Below are positions 40,887 through 50,526 of a stretch of DNA of 64,000 nt, piece after piece. Position numbers and translations under genes: made by a program. The notes beneath the pieces were generated by a model. That model did not search any database. It was not told where the DNA came from and saw nothing but the letters and a program-made list of their open reading frames with translations. The first letter of the stretch is position 1. Each line of letters begins with the position of its first letter. The DNA lies in assembly GCA_051599415.1 (NCBI GenBank), contig AP039706.1, forward strand, positions 62,001 through 126,000. Reading direction: 5' to 3'. This DNA comes from Savitreella phatthalungensis. Taxonomy: Eukaryota.

Positions 40887-43505
40887 CTACCCTCGCTGGA
40901 GTCCGTGTGAGAAGAGAAACTGCTTCTGCTTTCCCTTCTTCTTCTTTGGCATGTTGGCAGGGTGTGGACCGTCTAGGTCAGCGGCTGACGTGAGACCGAG
41001 CTGGTGTCGTGCCAATGCATCTTCCTCTGCCGCTGACATCTTCCCGGTCCCGGCCGACCAGCCTGCACTGTTCGGTGGGCCTGCGGTGTTGTTGGCAAAG
41101 AAGTGAGCAGTCGAGACTCGCGGTTTCGTGCCGGTCGGTAGACTCGGGAATGCGTCAGACGGTGCGGCAGCCGAGACTCCGGACAAGGATGGTTGCGGGG
41201 TCGCTGTGCCGGAATTGCGGCCGCTACGCGTCGACACCCAAGCTGGCGAATACGCGCCTCCGGTACCCGACACTCCGGTGTTCGCTCGCAGATTCAGGCC
41301 TGCGAGTCTGGCGGCAACGGTGGAGGCATGAGCGCTCGCTGGAGTGAGTCCAGGTATGCGCTGCTGCAGCTGTGACGAGGTCCAGGGTGCGGTCGAGATC
41401 TGCTGGCGTGAAGCTCGGTTCTTGATGTTCAGGATCCGCTGACCTCCGCCGGCGGCGAGCGAGTTTGAGTATGAGGCGATCGAAGAGGGCGGCCTGGAAG
41501 ATCCGCTTCCGGTGCCAGATACGAACGCCGAAGCCATCGAGCTCGAACTCACAGCCTTGTCGACCCGATTCCGAACTTTCCAGTCCTGCCACGCACCGAG
41601 CAATGCCGTCGATCTATCCGGTGAGTCCAGCAGATCAGCTGTCCCCTTGACGATCCCGGCGAGCGTGTCTGCAGGAACGGCCAGAAGCGACCAGAGGGCA
41701 TCAACAAGTTCTGCTGCCGATAGATTCGTAGATCGGTATTGGGCAACAAGCGTGCGGTACTGTGCTGTCTTGGAATTGTCGTATCCGACTGCCATCGAGA
41801 CCTTGTCTAGCAGGGATGAGTGCGAGGCTAGCTCGCGCTCAGTCAGTGGCTTTGCCGGTGGTGCTTGTGCTTGTGCCTGTGTCTGAGTCTGCGACTGCTG
41901 GCTGGATGCCAATTTGCTGTTTGCTGGTTGTTGGCCGGCGCTGAGGGCTGGGAATGCCTCGTCGCGCGTCGGACGGGCCGGTGCGCCAGCTCTTGGATTC
42001 GTTCCTGCTGGTGCAGCTGCTGTCGACGACGGTATTGGATCAGGCTCGGTGAGTGCAGAACCGAATCCTGTAGCCTGTGCGCGCGACTGCTGGTACTCCA
42101 TCTGTCGCCGCAGAGCCAACTGCTCGCGGGACAACCCATTGGTACTACCACCGCCGACACCGCTGCTGCTGTTGACGCCGTCAAAATTGAATTCTGGGCG
42201 ACTACGCGCGCCCTGTCCACCGCCACCGCGTCCACCACGCGCATGAACAATCCCTTCGTAACCTGTGAAGGAGGTTGTGACTTTCCGGGCGTCTCTGAGC
42301 TGCTTGTCCGTGAGCCCGTGTGGATGTACCTCGAGCTGGTGAGCTTTGAGGTCTAGTTCTGTGCCGAAGACGACGAATCGCTGATCGAGGCAGGCTGGTT
42401 CGGTGCAAGGGTAGTGGTCTCTTCTGAAATGGTGCTCAAGCGCCTTCCAGTCGTTGAAGTACTGCGGCCTCTGTGGTCCTCCCTGGAGGCGGAGGCCGTC
42501 ACAGACATGGCAGCGCTCGTGCTTGTCTCGACAGTGCTTGTACAGCTCGTCATCGTCGTAGAACGACCGCCTGCAGAAGCCGCATTCCGGGTGACCCTTG
42601 AAGCCTGTGTCATCCTCGCCTTCTCCCCCGCCGCCACTGTCGCCGACCTTGTAGTGCTGCGTGAGCTGCGCTTTGGTGAACAGGTCGTGTTCATGCGTAA
42701 AGATCTTCTTGTTCTTGACACAGAGGTCGCACAGCTGGAGGGAGTGCAGCTGGCGAATGTGGAGCTTCAGGTCAGGCCAACCGTTACAACTCACGTCGCA
42801 TGTTCCCACTGGGCAGTTGAATCTCAAGAGAATCATTGTTTCCTCCATAATCTCGTTCGTCTCAAACGCGATTCCAAGCTTCTCATCCCTGCATGCGATC
42901 TCCGCGTCGCTGTAGTCGGTGAACAGCTTCTCATCCTCAGCTGTTGGAAGAGTGAAGATGACGCTAGTCGACTCTGTCTTGCAGTAGGCGCATGCGTTGT
43001 TACGATACAGTGCTCGGAGTCGGAGTGAGCAGATATGGCATGTGCGGTGGTTGCATGGGGCGATGGCGCTGTACTGGACAGGCTCGGCGCAGATGAAGCA
43101 GATCTCCGCGTCAGAGTCTGCTTCTGATGCTGGAGCAGCATGGAGTGCTCGATTGAGTGCCGTGCTGCCGCTTCCGCCTTGTACGGAGCCAGTCGTGTGG
43201 TCCTTTGATGACGGCGCACGCTCGACCGTCGGTCGATCGGATTTCTCGATCGGCGTCGGTCTCGAAGGATCATGTCTAGAGCTGGCCATATTGGAGTGGC
43301 CATGGCGAGGACCATCAGAACTGCCGCGTCGACCACGGCCTCGACCTCTACCCCGTCCCCTACCACCTGCACTGCTTCTGCTGCTCCCGCCGCCGTTGGC
43401 ATCACCGCTGCTATTGCCGTTGCCGTTACTGTTGCCGTTGGTGTTTGAGGATCCACTTGCCCTGGAATTTGCCCCAGGCGGCGGTCTTGTCCTTGACTCG
43501 GACAT
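40887..43505 (-). CDS. HEL2: Ribosome quality-control E3 ubiquitin ligase Hel2/ZNF598
   Basis: RING CFICAEPV...PCNHRTCHICSLRLRALY...CAYCK, C2H2 fingers (GFKGHPECGFC...DELYKHCRDKHERCHVC), repeated AFP.L motifs and C-terminal KKKKGKQKQFLF. Confidence 0.95.
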   Translation of the reverse strand: MSESRTRPPPGANSRASGSSNTNGNSNGNGNSSGDANGGGSSRSSAGGRGRGRGRGRGRRGSSDGPRHGHSNMASSRHDPSRPTPIEKSDRPTVERAPSSKDHTTGSVQGGSGSTALNRALHAAPASEADSDAEICFICAEPVQYSAIAPCNHRTCHICSLRLRALYRNNACAYCKTESTSVIFTLPTAEDEKLFTDYSDAEIACRDEKLGIAFETNEIMEETMILLRFNCPVGTCDVSCNGWPDLKLHIRQLHSLQLCDLCVKNKKIFTHEHDLFTKAQLTQHYKVGDSGGGGEGEDDTGFKGHPECGFCRRSFYDDDELYKHCRDKHERCHVCDGLRLQGGPQRPQYFNDWKALEHHFRRDHYPCTEPACLDQRFVVFGTELDLKAHQLEVHPHGLTDKQLRDARKVTTSFTGYEGIVHARGGRGGGGQGARSRPEFNFDGVNSSSGVGGGSTNGLSREQLALRRQMEYQQSRAQATGFGSALTEPDPIPSSTAAAPAGTNPRAGAPARPTRDEAFPALSAGQQPANSKLASSQQSQTQTQAQAQAPPAKPLTERELASHSSLLDKVSMAVGYDNSKTAQYRTLVAQYRSTNLSAAELVDALWSLLAVPADTLAGIVKGTADLLDSPDRSTALLGAWQDWKVRNRVDKAVSSSSMASAFVSGTGSGSSRPPSSIASYSNSLAAGGGQRILNIKNRASRQQISTAPWTSSQLQQRIPGLTPASAHASTVAARLAGLNLRANTGVSGTGGAYSPAWVSTRSGRNSGTATPQPSLSGVSAAAPSDAFPSLPTGTKPRVSTAHFFANNTAGPPNSAGWSAGTGKMSAAEEDALARHQLGLTSAADLDGPHPANMPKKKKGKQKQFLFSHGLQRG

Positions 43506-43926
43506 GACAGAGAGACAGAGGACGACTAGAAGCTGCTGAAGCCTGTAGCAGAGGAGTTAGAGATGCCTATCGTCCTTGTAGTCTTCTGTCGTGCAGTGTT
43601 CCTTGGATGCTTGTGACACCTGGTACACCCACTATATTGTCGTTTACGGAAATAATCTGACAGAGTGACTCGCACAAAGTGACGACATAGAATATAGATC
43701 CGCGCACCAGGATGCCCACGCCCATCAACCACCACAAACTACACTGAACAACCAAGGACGAACAACGAAGGACGAACAACGACAAGTGGAACCTCAGTCA
43801 CTTTCTTGAAGAGTCGATCCTCATCCTTGTCCTTGTGCTTGACCTCGTCCGTGTCCCTGTCTATATACATCTTCGTCATCTGTGTGACCGTGCTCGTCCT
43901 CCTTCTTCACCCTTCGCCTCCTTCCA

Positions 43927-44850
43927 TTACAACTCGACAACTGTAGGGAGCTCTCCTGGTACATGTTTGACATCTCCTCCATCAGACTTAACCACCTTGA
44001 CAATCTCTCCATCAGGCTTGACTAACGGTGGAAGTGCATCATCGATATCGTCCTCCCTGACACCTCCTTCGCCTGCTGCATCTCCCTCATTGTCCTCACC
44101 TGCGTACGCGTACGGTGCAGCACCGTCGTCGACCATATGCGGCTGTAGGAGCTTTGTCATTGTGAACATGTGGACCCTGGTGGTGCCGAGGAGCTGTGCT
44201 AGTGGGCTGTCGCAGTTGATGTAGCGCTTGTCGGCCTTGTCCTGTAGGTTGTGCTGCTTGATGTACGCCCAGACTGCCTTTGCCACCTGCGGTCTCGACA
44301 GGAACGCCTGGCCTGTGAGGGCGGCGAGCGGTCCCGACAGCGTCAGCATCTTGTTGAATCCGTTCTTGGTCGGTGCACGCTTTGCCCGTGACCCATCACC
44401 CTCTTCCCCATCCTCCTCCTCACCGACCTGCCGCCGAGACACCACACGCTGGCGCTTCCGCTTCGGTTTCTTTGGCGACGTCGTCGATCGCGATGGCCGG
44501 CCACCGTTCAGGACGCGATCTAGCTCTCGGGCATACGCCTCGTCTGCGTCATGGCTCGTCAGCCGTGGACGTTCAGGCTTGACCCCCTGCTTGACGGTGC
44601 GCTCTCGCTTGATGGGGGTCGCACTTGCCTGTAATGGCTCTCCCTCGCTGCTACTCGCTTCTTCCTCCGCCGCCGCTGTGAACTCCTCGAAGCATCTGCG
44701 AATGATCGGGTCTACCACGGGCTTATCGTTTCTGAGGTCTCTTCCCAGCCGCTCTTCGAGAGCCTTCCTGACGCGCTTGTTGGACACCGTCGCCAGGTCG
44801 CTCTCCCTCAAGATAGCAAACACATGAGGTCGTAGCGATGCAATGTCCAT
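43927..44850 (-). CDS. DEK-C plus SWIB/MDM2 domain protein (Uaf30/Tri1/Spp27-like)
   Basis: N-terminal ILRESDLATVSNKRVRKALE (DEK-C) and SWIB LSRPQVAKAVWAYIKQHNLQD..DKRYINCD..L...VHMFTMTKLL. ATG at 44850. Confidence 0.88.
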   Translation of the reverse strand: MDIASLRPHVFAILRESDLATVSNKRVRKALEERLGRDLRNDKPVVDPIIRRCFEEFTAAAEEEASSSEGEPLQASATPIKRERTVKQGVKPERPRLTSHDADEAYARELDRVLNGGRPSRSTTSPKKPKRKRQRVVSRRQVGEEEDGEEGDGSRAKRAPTKNGFNKMLTLSGPLAALTGQAFLSRPQVAKAVWAYIKQHNLQDKADKRYINCDSPLAQLLGTTRVHMFTMTKLLQPHMVDDGAAPYAYAGEDNEGDAAGEGGVREDDIDDALPPLVKPDGEIVKVVKSDGGDVKHVPGELPTVVEL

Positions 44851-45168
44851 CTCCTCTGTGTTTCCTCCCCAGACAGGCAGGGCCGTGTCTGTGGTGCAAT
44901 TGAGTAACCCCACACTTCATCTCATCGTGATATAAGACAAATCGATACAGCTGGCAGCATTTGACATCATCCTTATCCACATCAAAGAAGTTCTTTGGGA
45001 AGACGAAGGTTTGACACCGGACGCTTCTCAGAGCTCCTACTTGGCACGGTGCGTGGTGCGCGTGACGGCGTATCGGCTAGCTGACTGACGTTGAGTGTGT
45101 GACACGGTCTTCCGGGAGACACAAGACACCTCACATACCCACCTACCCACTGTACGACGGCCTCGGCT

Positions 45169-45729
45169 ATGAAGCTGGCAATCCGCGTGGCTGTGATTTT
45201 GACAATCGCGCTGTGCATCTTGGGTGGATTGTTCCACGGCGCTGGTGGTGATACTGCTGCTTTGAGGTCGACGCTGGTGAATGCTGCGTCTCGGATGACT
45301 GGCGGTGGTGGTGGTGCTGCTAGTGCGATGACGAGTTCTGACGGGGTGGTTGCTGGGAAGATGGTGAATGAGACTGCCAAGGCTGCGCTCGGTAGGTCTT
45401 CATGGCACTTGTTCCACACGACGCTCGCCAGGGTGCCTGATCGGATCGAGGATCAGGAAGGGAGGAAGGAGTTGGAGATGTGGGTGAGGTTGTTTGGGAA
45501 ATACTATCCGTGCGGTGAATGTGCTGCGCACTTTCTCAAGTTGCTGGATAAGTATCCGCCACAGGCTGGAGGCAGGAAGGCCGCGGCGCTTTGGGGGTGC
45601 AGGGTACATAACGAGGTCAACAAGAGACTCGGTAAAGGAGAGTACGACTGCACGACCGTTCTGGAGGATTACGATTGCGGTTGCGGTCAGACGGATCCAC
45701 CATCGCCAGGGTCCAGTCCGGGCAGATGA
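45169..45729 (+). CDS. ERV2: ER FAD-linked sulfhydryl oxidase Erv2
   Basis: N-terminal signal anchor, LGRSSWHLFHT, YPCGECAAHF, WGCRVHNEVNKRLGK and the C-terminal YDCGC shuttle motif. Confidence 0.93.
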   Translation: MKLAIRVAVILTIALCILGGLFHGAGGDTAALRSTLVNAASRMTGGGGGAASAMTSSDGVVAGKMVNETAKAALGRSSWHLFHTTLARVPDRIEDQEGRKELEMWVRLFGKYYPCGECAAHFLKLLDKYPPQAGGRKAAALWGCRVHNEVNKRLGKGEYDCTTVLEDYDCGCGQTDPPSPGSSPGR

Positions 45730-45865
45730 CTCAGCAGGACACAAAGACCACCTCACGAACCACGACACGAATCGCAAAAATGACAGACTATTTACACATG
45801 ACATTGCTTGAGATGAGTTAGTGAGTGAGTGAGTGAGTCGGTGAGTGAGCGAGCGAATGACTAGA

Positions 45866-48800
45866 CTACTCGAAGTAGAGCTTGATAAGTGGTTCGTGAG
45901 CGAGTTCTTCCTTGGCGATCTGCCAGCAGTGGAGGAGCAGTTTGGGGAACCTTGATTCGAAGTAGGCTAGGAATCCTGCTGGGATGGGTCCTAGGGCGTG
46001 CTGGACGTTGTCTGGTAGGTCCTGGTAGTGGTGCTTCTTGTTTCGGAGTGCTCTGAGGAGGTCTAGGATGGAGTGGGTCTTGTACGATCTGTACTTGCCG
46101 AGGTTGTCGACCAGATGCCTGTCGAGTCTCGCAACCCAGTTTCCGTGGACGATTTCTCTGGCAGGGCCTTCGACCAGGAGGAGTAAAGGCGATGGTGGAT
46201 CACGCTCCTCGACATCTAAACGATCGCTCATGTCGAGCAGGAAAGAGAGACGTCTGTCGGCCGACCAGAAGAGTGGGTGTCTGAGGATCTCTGCAGCGTC
46301 AGGTCGCGATTTCGGGTCTCTCGCAATCATCCGAGTGATCAGCTCCTTTGCCAAAACACCGGTCTCTCCGTGGAGCTCTAGCGCGTCCAGACACGGCTGC
46401 GAACGGATGATATTGGCTTCGCGCATGTACCTGTCACCGAATGGGTGCTGTCCTGCTGAGAGGACGTAGTAGAACAGACATCCGAGAGAAAAGATATCGA
46501 TCGCCCTTGAGACTTTCCGAGGCGCACCGGCAGGTTGCTGTGACTGGGATTGTGACGACTCACCGTTGGTGGTGGTGGGTGAATGATCTTGAGGGGTGGT
46601 GGCGGTCGATTGGGCTGCCGCTAGGGCTGCGGTCTCATCCACCAACAACTCAGGCGCTCGCCAACCAGACGTCCCTGCCGCTTGTGCTGTTGTCGCCCTG
46701 AAGCTTGACTGGTCGGCGTCAAGACGCTTGCACAGTCCAAAGTCGGAAATCACCACGCGCGCACATCGATTCTCGCCGAGGACTGTACCGTTGATCGCCT
46801 TCAAAGGCGGGTTGACAAGGATGTTCTGCGGCTTGAGGTCTCGGTGCACGATTTTGAGGGAGTGGAGGGATTGGACGCCGAGAGCCATCTGCCTCAGGAT
46901 ACTCACTGGATCGTGTAGGTAAGGCTCTAGGTCAGGGTAGTCGCGCGGTCGTTCTGTGGTCTCCGCAAGCGAAGCCTCACACAGCTCGAGCGCGATGTAC
47001 AGGAATCGCTCGTTTTCCTGCTTACAGTAGTATCTGACCACGTTCGGATGGTCGTCAGACTGTTCTAGTAGCTCGACTTCGTGCGATGCGATGTCGTAAA
47101 AGTCAAGCAACATCCGCTTGACAGCCACGTCGCGCTTTCCGAACGTCCCACGGAACACTACCGTGCCGTGGCTACCGTATCCCAGGATCTGGTCCGTCAC
47201 TTTCAGATTGTTGAGCTGCAAAGGCCCATCGAATTTGCCTTGTGCTGGCACGAGTGGCTCGACTTTGAGTGACTTGATCACCTCAGGTTTGTCTTCTGGG
47301 CTTGCTTCTGTGTCACTCGAGCTGTCGTTGTCATGACTGGTCGTCTGTTGAGACGACGATGAAGCTGAAATAGCATGGAGCTTGTTCTCCCGAGTCTTCT
47401 TGCCACCGCGAGAACCTCTTTTCCGCTTGGACTTCTTCGGCTCCTGATCGGCCGCTTGGTCTGTCACGCTCTCGGAAGAACCACCTTCAGCAGCTTGTGG
47501 CGAAGTGTCTGGACTGGCGGTAGCCGTAGTGGAATCGACTTGGGCCTCCCTCGATGCTGTTGCCTCGTCTTCCGCGACATCGATGCCTGCAAAACGCACT
47601 TGCGGTACAGATGCCTTTGTCAGTTCCTGCGGCTCCGTGACGACGATCTCCGGCACAGGTCCGACATGCTTCTTATGCAGTCCTTTGAGGCTCAGCGCTT
47701 GACCGTACTGCCGCCAGGTGACGTAGACTGCGATGACAGTGGCGAGCAGTGCGTAGAGCTTTAGGAGCTTGATGGCCTTTGTCGGTGGTTGCTGCCTAGG
47801 TTGCTTTGGACCGTCGATGCTGGGCCGGCTGTTTGCATTGGTCTTGTCATCGATGCGCTTGACGTCGTCGGGTGAGGCGGGGTTCGCACGCTCGTTGTTT
47901 TCGCTACTGCCATCGATCGTGAGCGGATGGCCCGGCGACAAACCTGGCCGAATCTCGACACGATTGTGCATGTGTACGCCTTTGAGGTCCTCGGGCGCAC
48001 CGACGTGGTCGCCCTGGCTCCAGTGAGTCCGTGGTCCCGCGATGATGAGCGGGCATTTCTCGACGGACATCGCATACAGGTCGCCGCACTCGGACACACC
48101 GATGAAGGTTGCACCGTCCTTTACGCCATCCGGGAGATTGCCGTTCGCGTCGCGCTTCGGAGTGAACCTGATTTGCGGGTCTATGGGCTGGGCGACGACT
48201 GCAACTGCTGCGAGATCTTCTTCTCTCGGCACAGTCCGTGGAGGAGAGCCTGAGAGACCATTACCACGTCGTCCGCCACGCGAGCCTCGATCGTACTGGT
48301 GAAGAACGTCGTAGACGCGTAGGACGGCGCTCGTGAATGACTGGAACCAGATTGGTTCTTTGGTTTCTGCATCGTGGGCGATCAGCCTGCCGTCGTGCAT
48401 CGGAGAGATATATCGGCCGTCGAAGGTCTCACTGTACTGCCTGCGGAGGTCGGTGTCGACGGTGTTGGGCACCCACTCTGCGTACGTGACGTTCCAGAGT
48501 GTCTCCCCGCCGAGAAAGATGGTGAGGGTGTATGTATTGCGGCCCATCCGGAGGACGGTTTGGGAATTTGGGTCGGCCGCTTGGCACTCGCTCCTGAGAT
48601 CGTCATCAAGATCATCTAGGGCGTCGCGTTTTGCCGGACAGCTAGGTGATTGAGTACCGTCGGGCACAGAGACCGTACCACTGTGCCCAAAGTCCGTGCC
48701 GTAGGCTTCGAGGATGTTTCCGGATTTCGGGTCGATCGAGAAGAGCGTCGTTCTTCGCTCTCCCACGTAGACTTTATTGTCTCCGGGTACTGTGAAGGGG

Positions 48801-49384
48801 GAGTTCTCCACGAGCTGACGGATGCCAAAGGGGAGTTTGTGGAGGCCTTCCTCTCGATTGAAAACGTAGAGACCACCGTCATCGATCGGTTCGACGATCC
48901 ATGTATCTCTGTCCTGCTCGATTGCGTAGTCTGAGGTATTTGCGGCCGGATGACGACGAGTACGCAAGGTGGCTTGGGCGGATGAGATTGACCACCGGAC
49001 GTCGCCTGAGATACGGTCGAGTGCGTGGAGGGAGCCGTCGAGGGTGGCGACGATCGACAGGTCGGATAACAGCCAGTCCTTGATGTCGCGGCCGTGGACC
49101 GTCCAGTCCTTTGCTGCGGCCGGGTTGCCTGCACGGCTGTGAGGTAGAACGTCTTTGCGCTGCTCTGCCTTGCCACTCGGCTGTGCGCGTGGAGGCAGGC
49201 CTGTACGGACTTCTAGCTCCATGCCAGCGGCGTCTTGTGTCATAGAGGAGAAAGCACGCCTGGATGAGGCAACGAGAGCCTCAGCTGTATCTGGAAAGCC
49301 GGACACTGAGGACTGTGCAGTGACAGCAGGCATAGTGAGCGTGCCTGCGGTGGCTACCAGGCCCCATAGATAGGAAAGCCTCAT
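45866..49384 (-). CDS. IRE1: UPR sensor kinase/endoribonuclease Ire1
   Basis: Signal peptide, luminal domain (VATLDGSLHALDR), TM helix, kinase (LGYGSHGTVV, VAVKRML, HRDLKPQNIL, ISDFGLCK, GTSGWRAPE) and KEN RNase domain (DLLRALRNKKHHY). Confidence 0.97.
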   Translation of the reverse strand: MRLSYLWGLVATAGTLTMPAVTAQSSVSGFPDTAEALVASSRRAFSSMTQDAAGMELEVRTGLPPRAQPSGKAEQRKDVLPHSRAGNPAAAKDWTVHGRDIKDWLLSDLSIVATLDGSLHALDRISGDVRWSISSAQATLRTRRHPAANTSDYAIEQDRDTWIVEPIDDGGLYVFNREEGLHKLPFGIRQLVENSPFTVPGDNKVYVGERRTTLFSIDPKSGNILEAYGTDFGHSGTVSVPDGTQSPSCPAKRDALDDLDDDLRSECQAADPNSQTVLRMGRNTYTLTIFLGGETLWNVTYAEWVPNTVDTDLRRQYSETFDGRYISPMHDGRLIAHDAETKEPIWFQSFTSAVLRVYDVLHQYDRGSRGGRRGNGLSGSPPRTVPREEDLAAVAVVAQPIDPQIRFTPKRDANGNLPDGVKDGATFIGVSECGDLYAMSVEKCPLIIAGPRTHWSQGDHVGAPEDLKGVHMHNRVEIRPGLSPGHPLTIDGSSENNERANPASPDDVKRIDDKTNANSRPSIDGPKQPRQQPPTKAIKLLKLYALLATVIAVYVTWRQYGQALSLKGLHKKHVGPVPEIVVTEPQELTKASVPQVRFAGIDVAEDEATASREAQVDSTTATASPDTSPQAAEGGSSESVTDQAADQEPKKSKRKRGSRGGKKTRENKLHAISASSSSQQTTSHDNDSSSDTEASPEDKPEVIKSLKVEPLVPAQGKFDGPLQLNNLKVTDQILGYGSHGTVVFRGTFGKRDVAVKRMLLDFYDIASHEVELLEQSDDHPNVVRYYCKQENERFLYIALELCEASLAETTERPRDYPDLEPYLHDPVSILRQMALGVQSLHSLKIVHRDLKPQNILVNPPLKAINGTVLGENRCARVVISDFGLCKRLDADQSSFRATTAQAAGTSGWRAPELLVDETAALAAAQSTATTPQDHSPTTTNGESSQSQSQQPAGAPRKVSRAIDIFSLGCLFYYVLSAGQHPFGDRYMREANIIRSQPCLDALELHGETGVLAKELITRMIARDPKSRPDAAEILRHPLFWSADRRLSFLLDMSDRLDVEERDPPSPLLLLVEGPAREIVHGNWVARLDRHLVDNLGKYRSYKTHSILDLLRALRNKKHHYQDLPDNVQHALGPIPAGFLAYFESRFPKLLLHCWQIAKEELAHEPLIKLYFE

Positions 49385-50526
49385 GTGTGTGTAATGACGA
49401 GACGTACAGAACTCAGACGTCGAGGAGCATAGGGATTGTGGGTGAGAAAGTCATCAATACTCAATCCATATGAGCATGTATATGTGATGCGCAAGGTAGA
49501 TGGTCGTTGAACAAGGATCAGGGTGGGGTCCCGGTAGCTCTTGAGCACTCTGATGATGTGAATAGTGTGGGCAGTGGACAGAATACTCCTCGAGGACTTG
49601 TTGTGAAGGAGAGAATGACGGGAGATGCTGAGGAGCGTGCCTTGGTTACTAGGTCCGGCGAACTGGTGATGCACTCGTGTATGAGCAATAGAAAGGGAGA
49701 GAATACGATAGGAGGGCAAGGCTGAGGCCGATAGAGCGTAAGTCTAGACTTTGGCAGATGAGATGACTTGAGTTAGGATGTTGGCGGGGTTCTGGAGCGT
49801 GGCTGTGTGCGTGGATCAAGATATGCGCGTGAGAGTGTGAAGAGACCGTAAGGGAATGAATGGTCACAGATAGAAGCAAAAGGGTTACCTCTGGTGACCT
49901 GACTTGGATGACTTGACACAGGCGCAATGTGTCAGAGTCAGATTCACAGCTGAGAGGTGAGAGGTCAAGCGACTTGTTTAAATGAGTCGCCTGTTGTCAA
50001 GCACGTCCGAGCGCAGCCTCTGTTGAGAGTAAGAGGTTATAGCAGAGCCTGTAAGTCGTGTGAAGAGATGCGCACTCACGGACGTACGCACTTGTCTGTG
50101 CGTAAGGACTGCTTGAGACCCTGAGAACCTGACACCTGAGGTTTGAAGCTAGAACGATGACTGCGCGCCCTCTGTAGTCAAGTACTTGAAGAGAAGAAGA
50201 AGTTTACTGCAGATGTACAGAGGGTTGTACGTTGGTTATCTTATCCTATACCGTGTCACAAATCATGTGCCCATACAATCACATATGTGCATACATGCAT
50301 CTTCTGATCTTACACATGCACATGCAATCATTTGTACCACACTGAGCACCACACTGAGCACCAAACAGCACAAGCAGCGCAAGCGGAGTGAAAGGTGGAG
50401 TCCAAGGTCATATCATCTAAAGTAGCTACTCATGCATAGGTTCATAGTATACCACGACAACGATCTTCACTAACATCATCGTTGTCATCGCCCACAGTCT
50501 GGCTGTGGCGAGGGGCGAGCAGCTGT

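Noticed and set aside
45169..49384. ER-proteostasis gene cluster (ERV2 and IRE1, with ERJ5 and Voa1-like elsewhere)
   Set aside because: The two are convergent, share no promoter and sit among unrelated housekeeping genes, so chance adjacency is sufficient.
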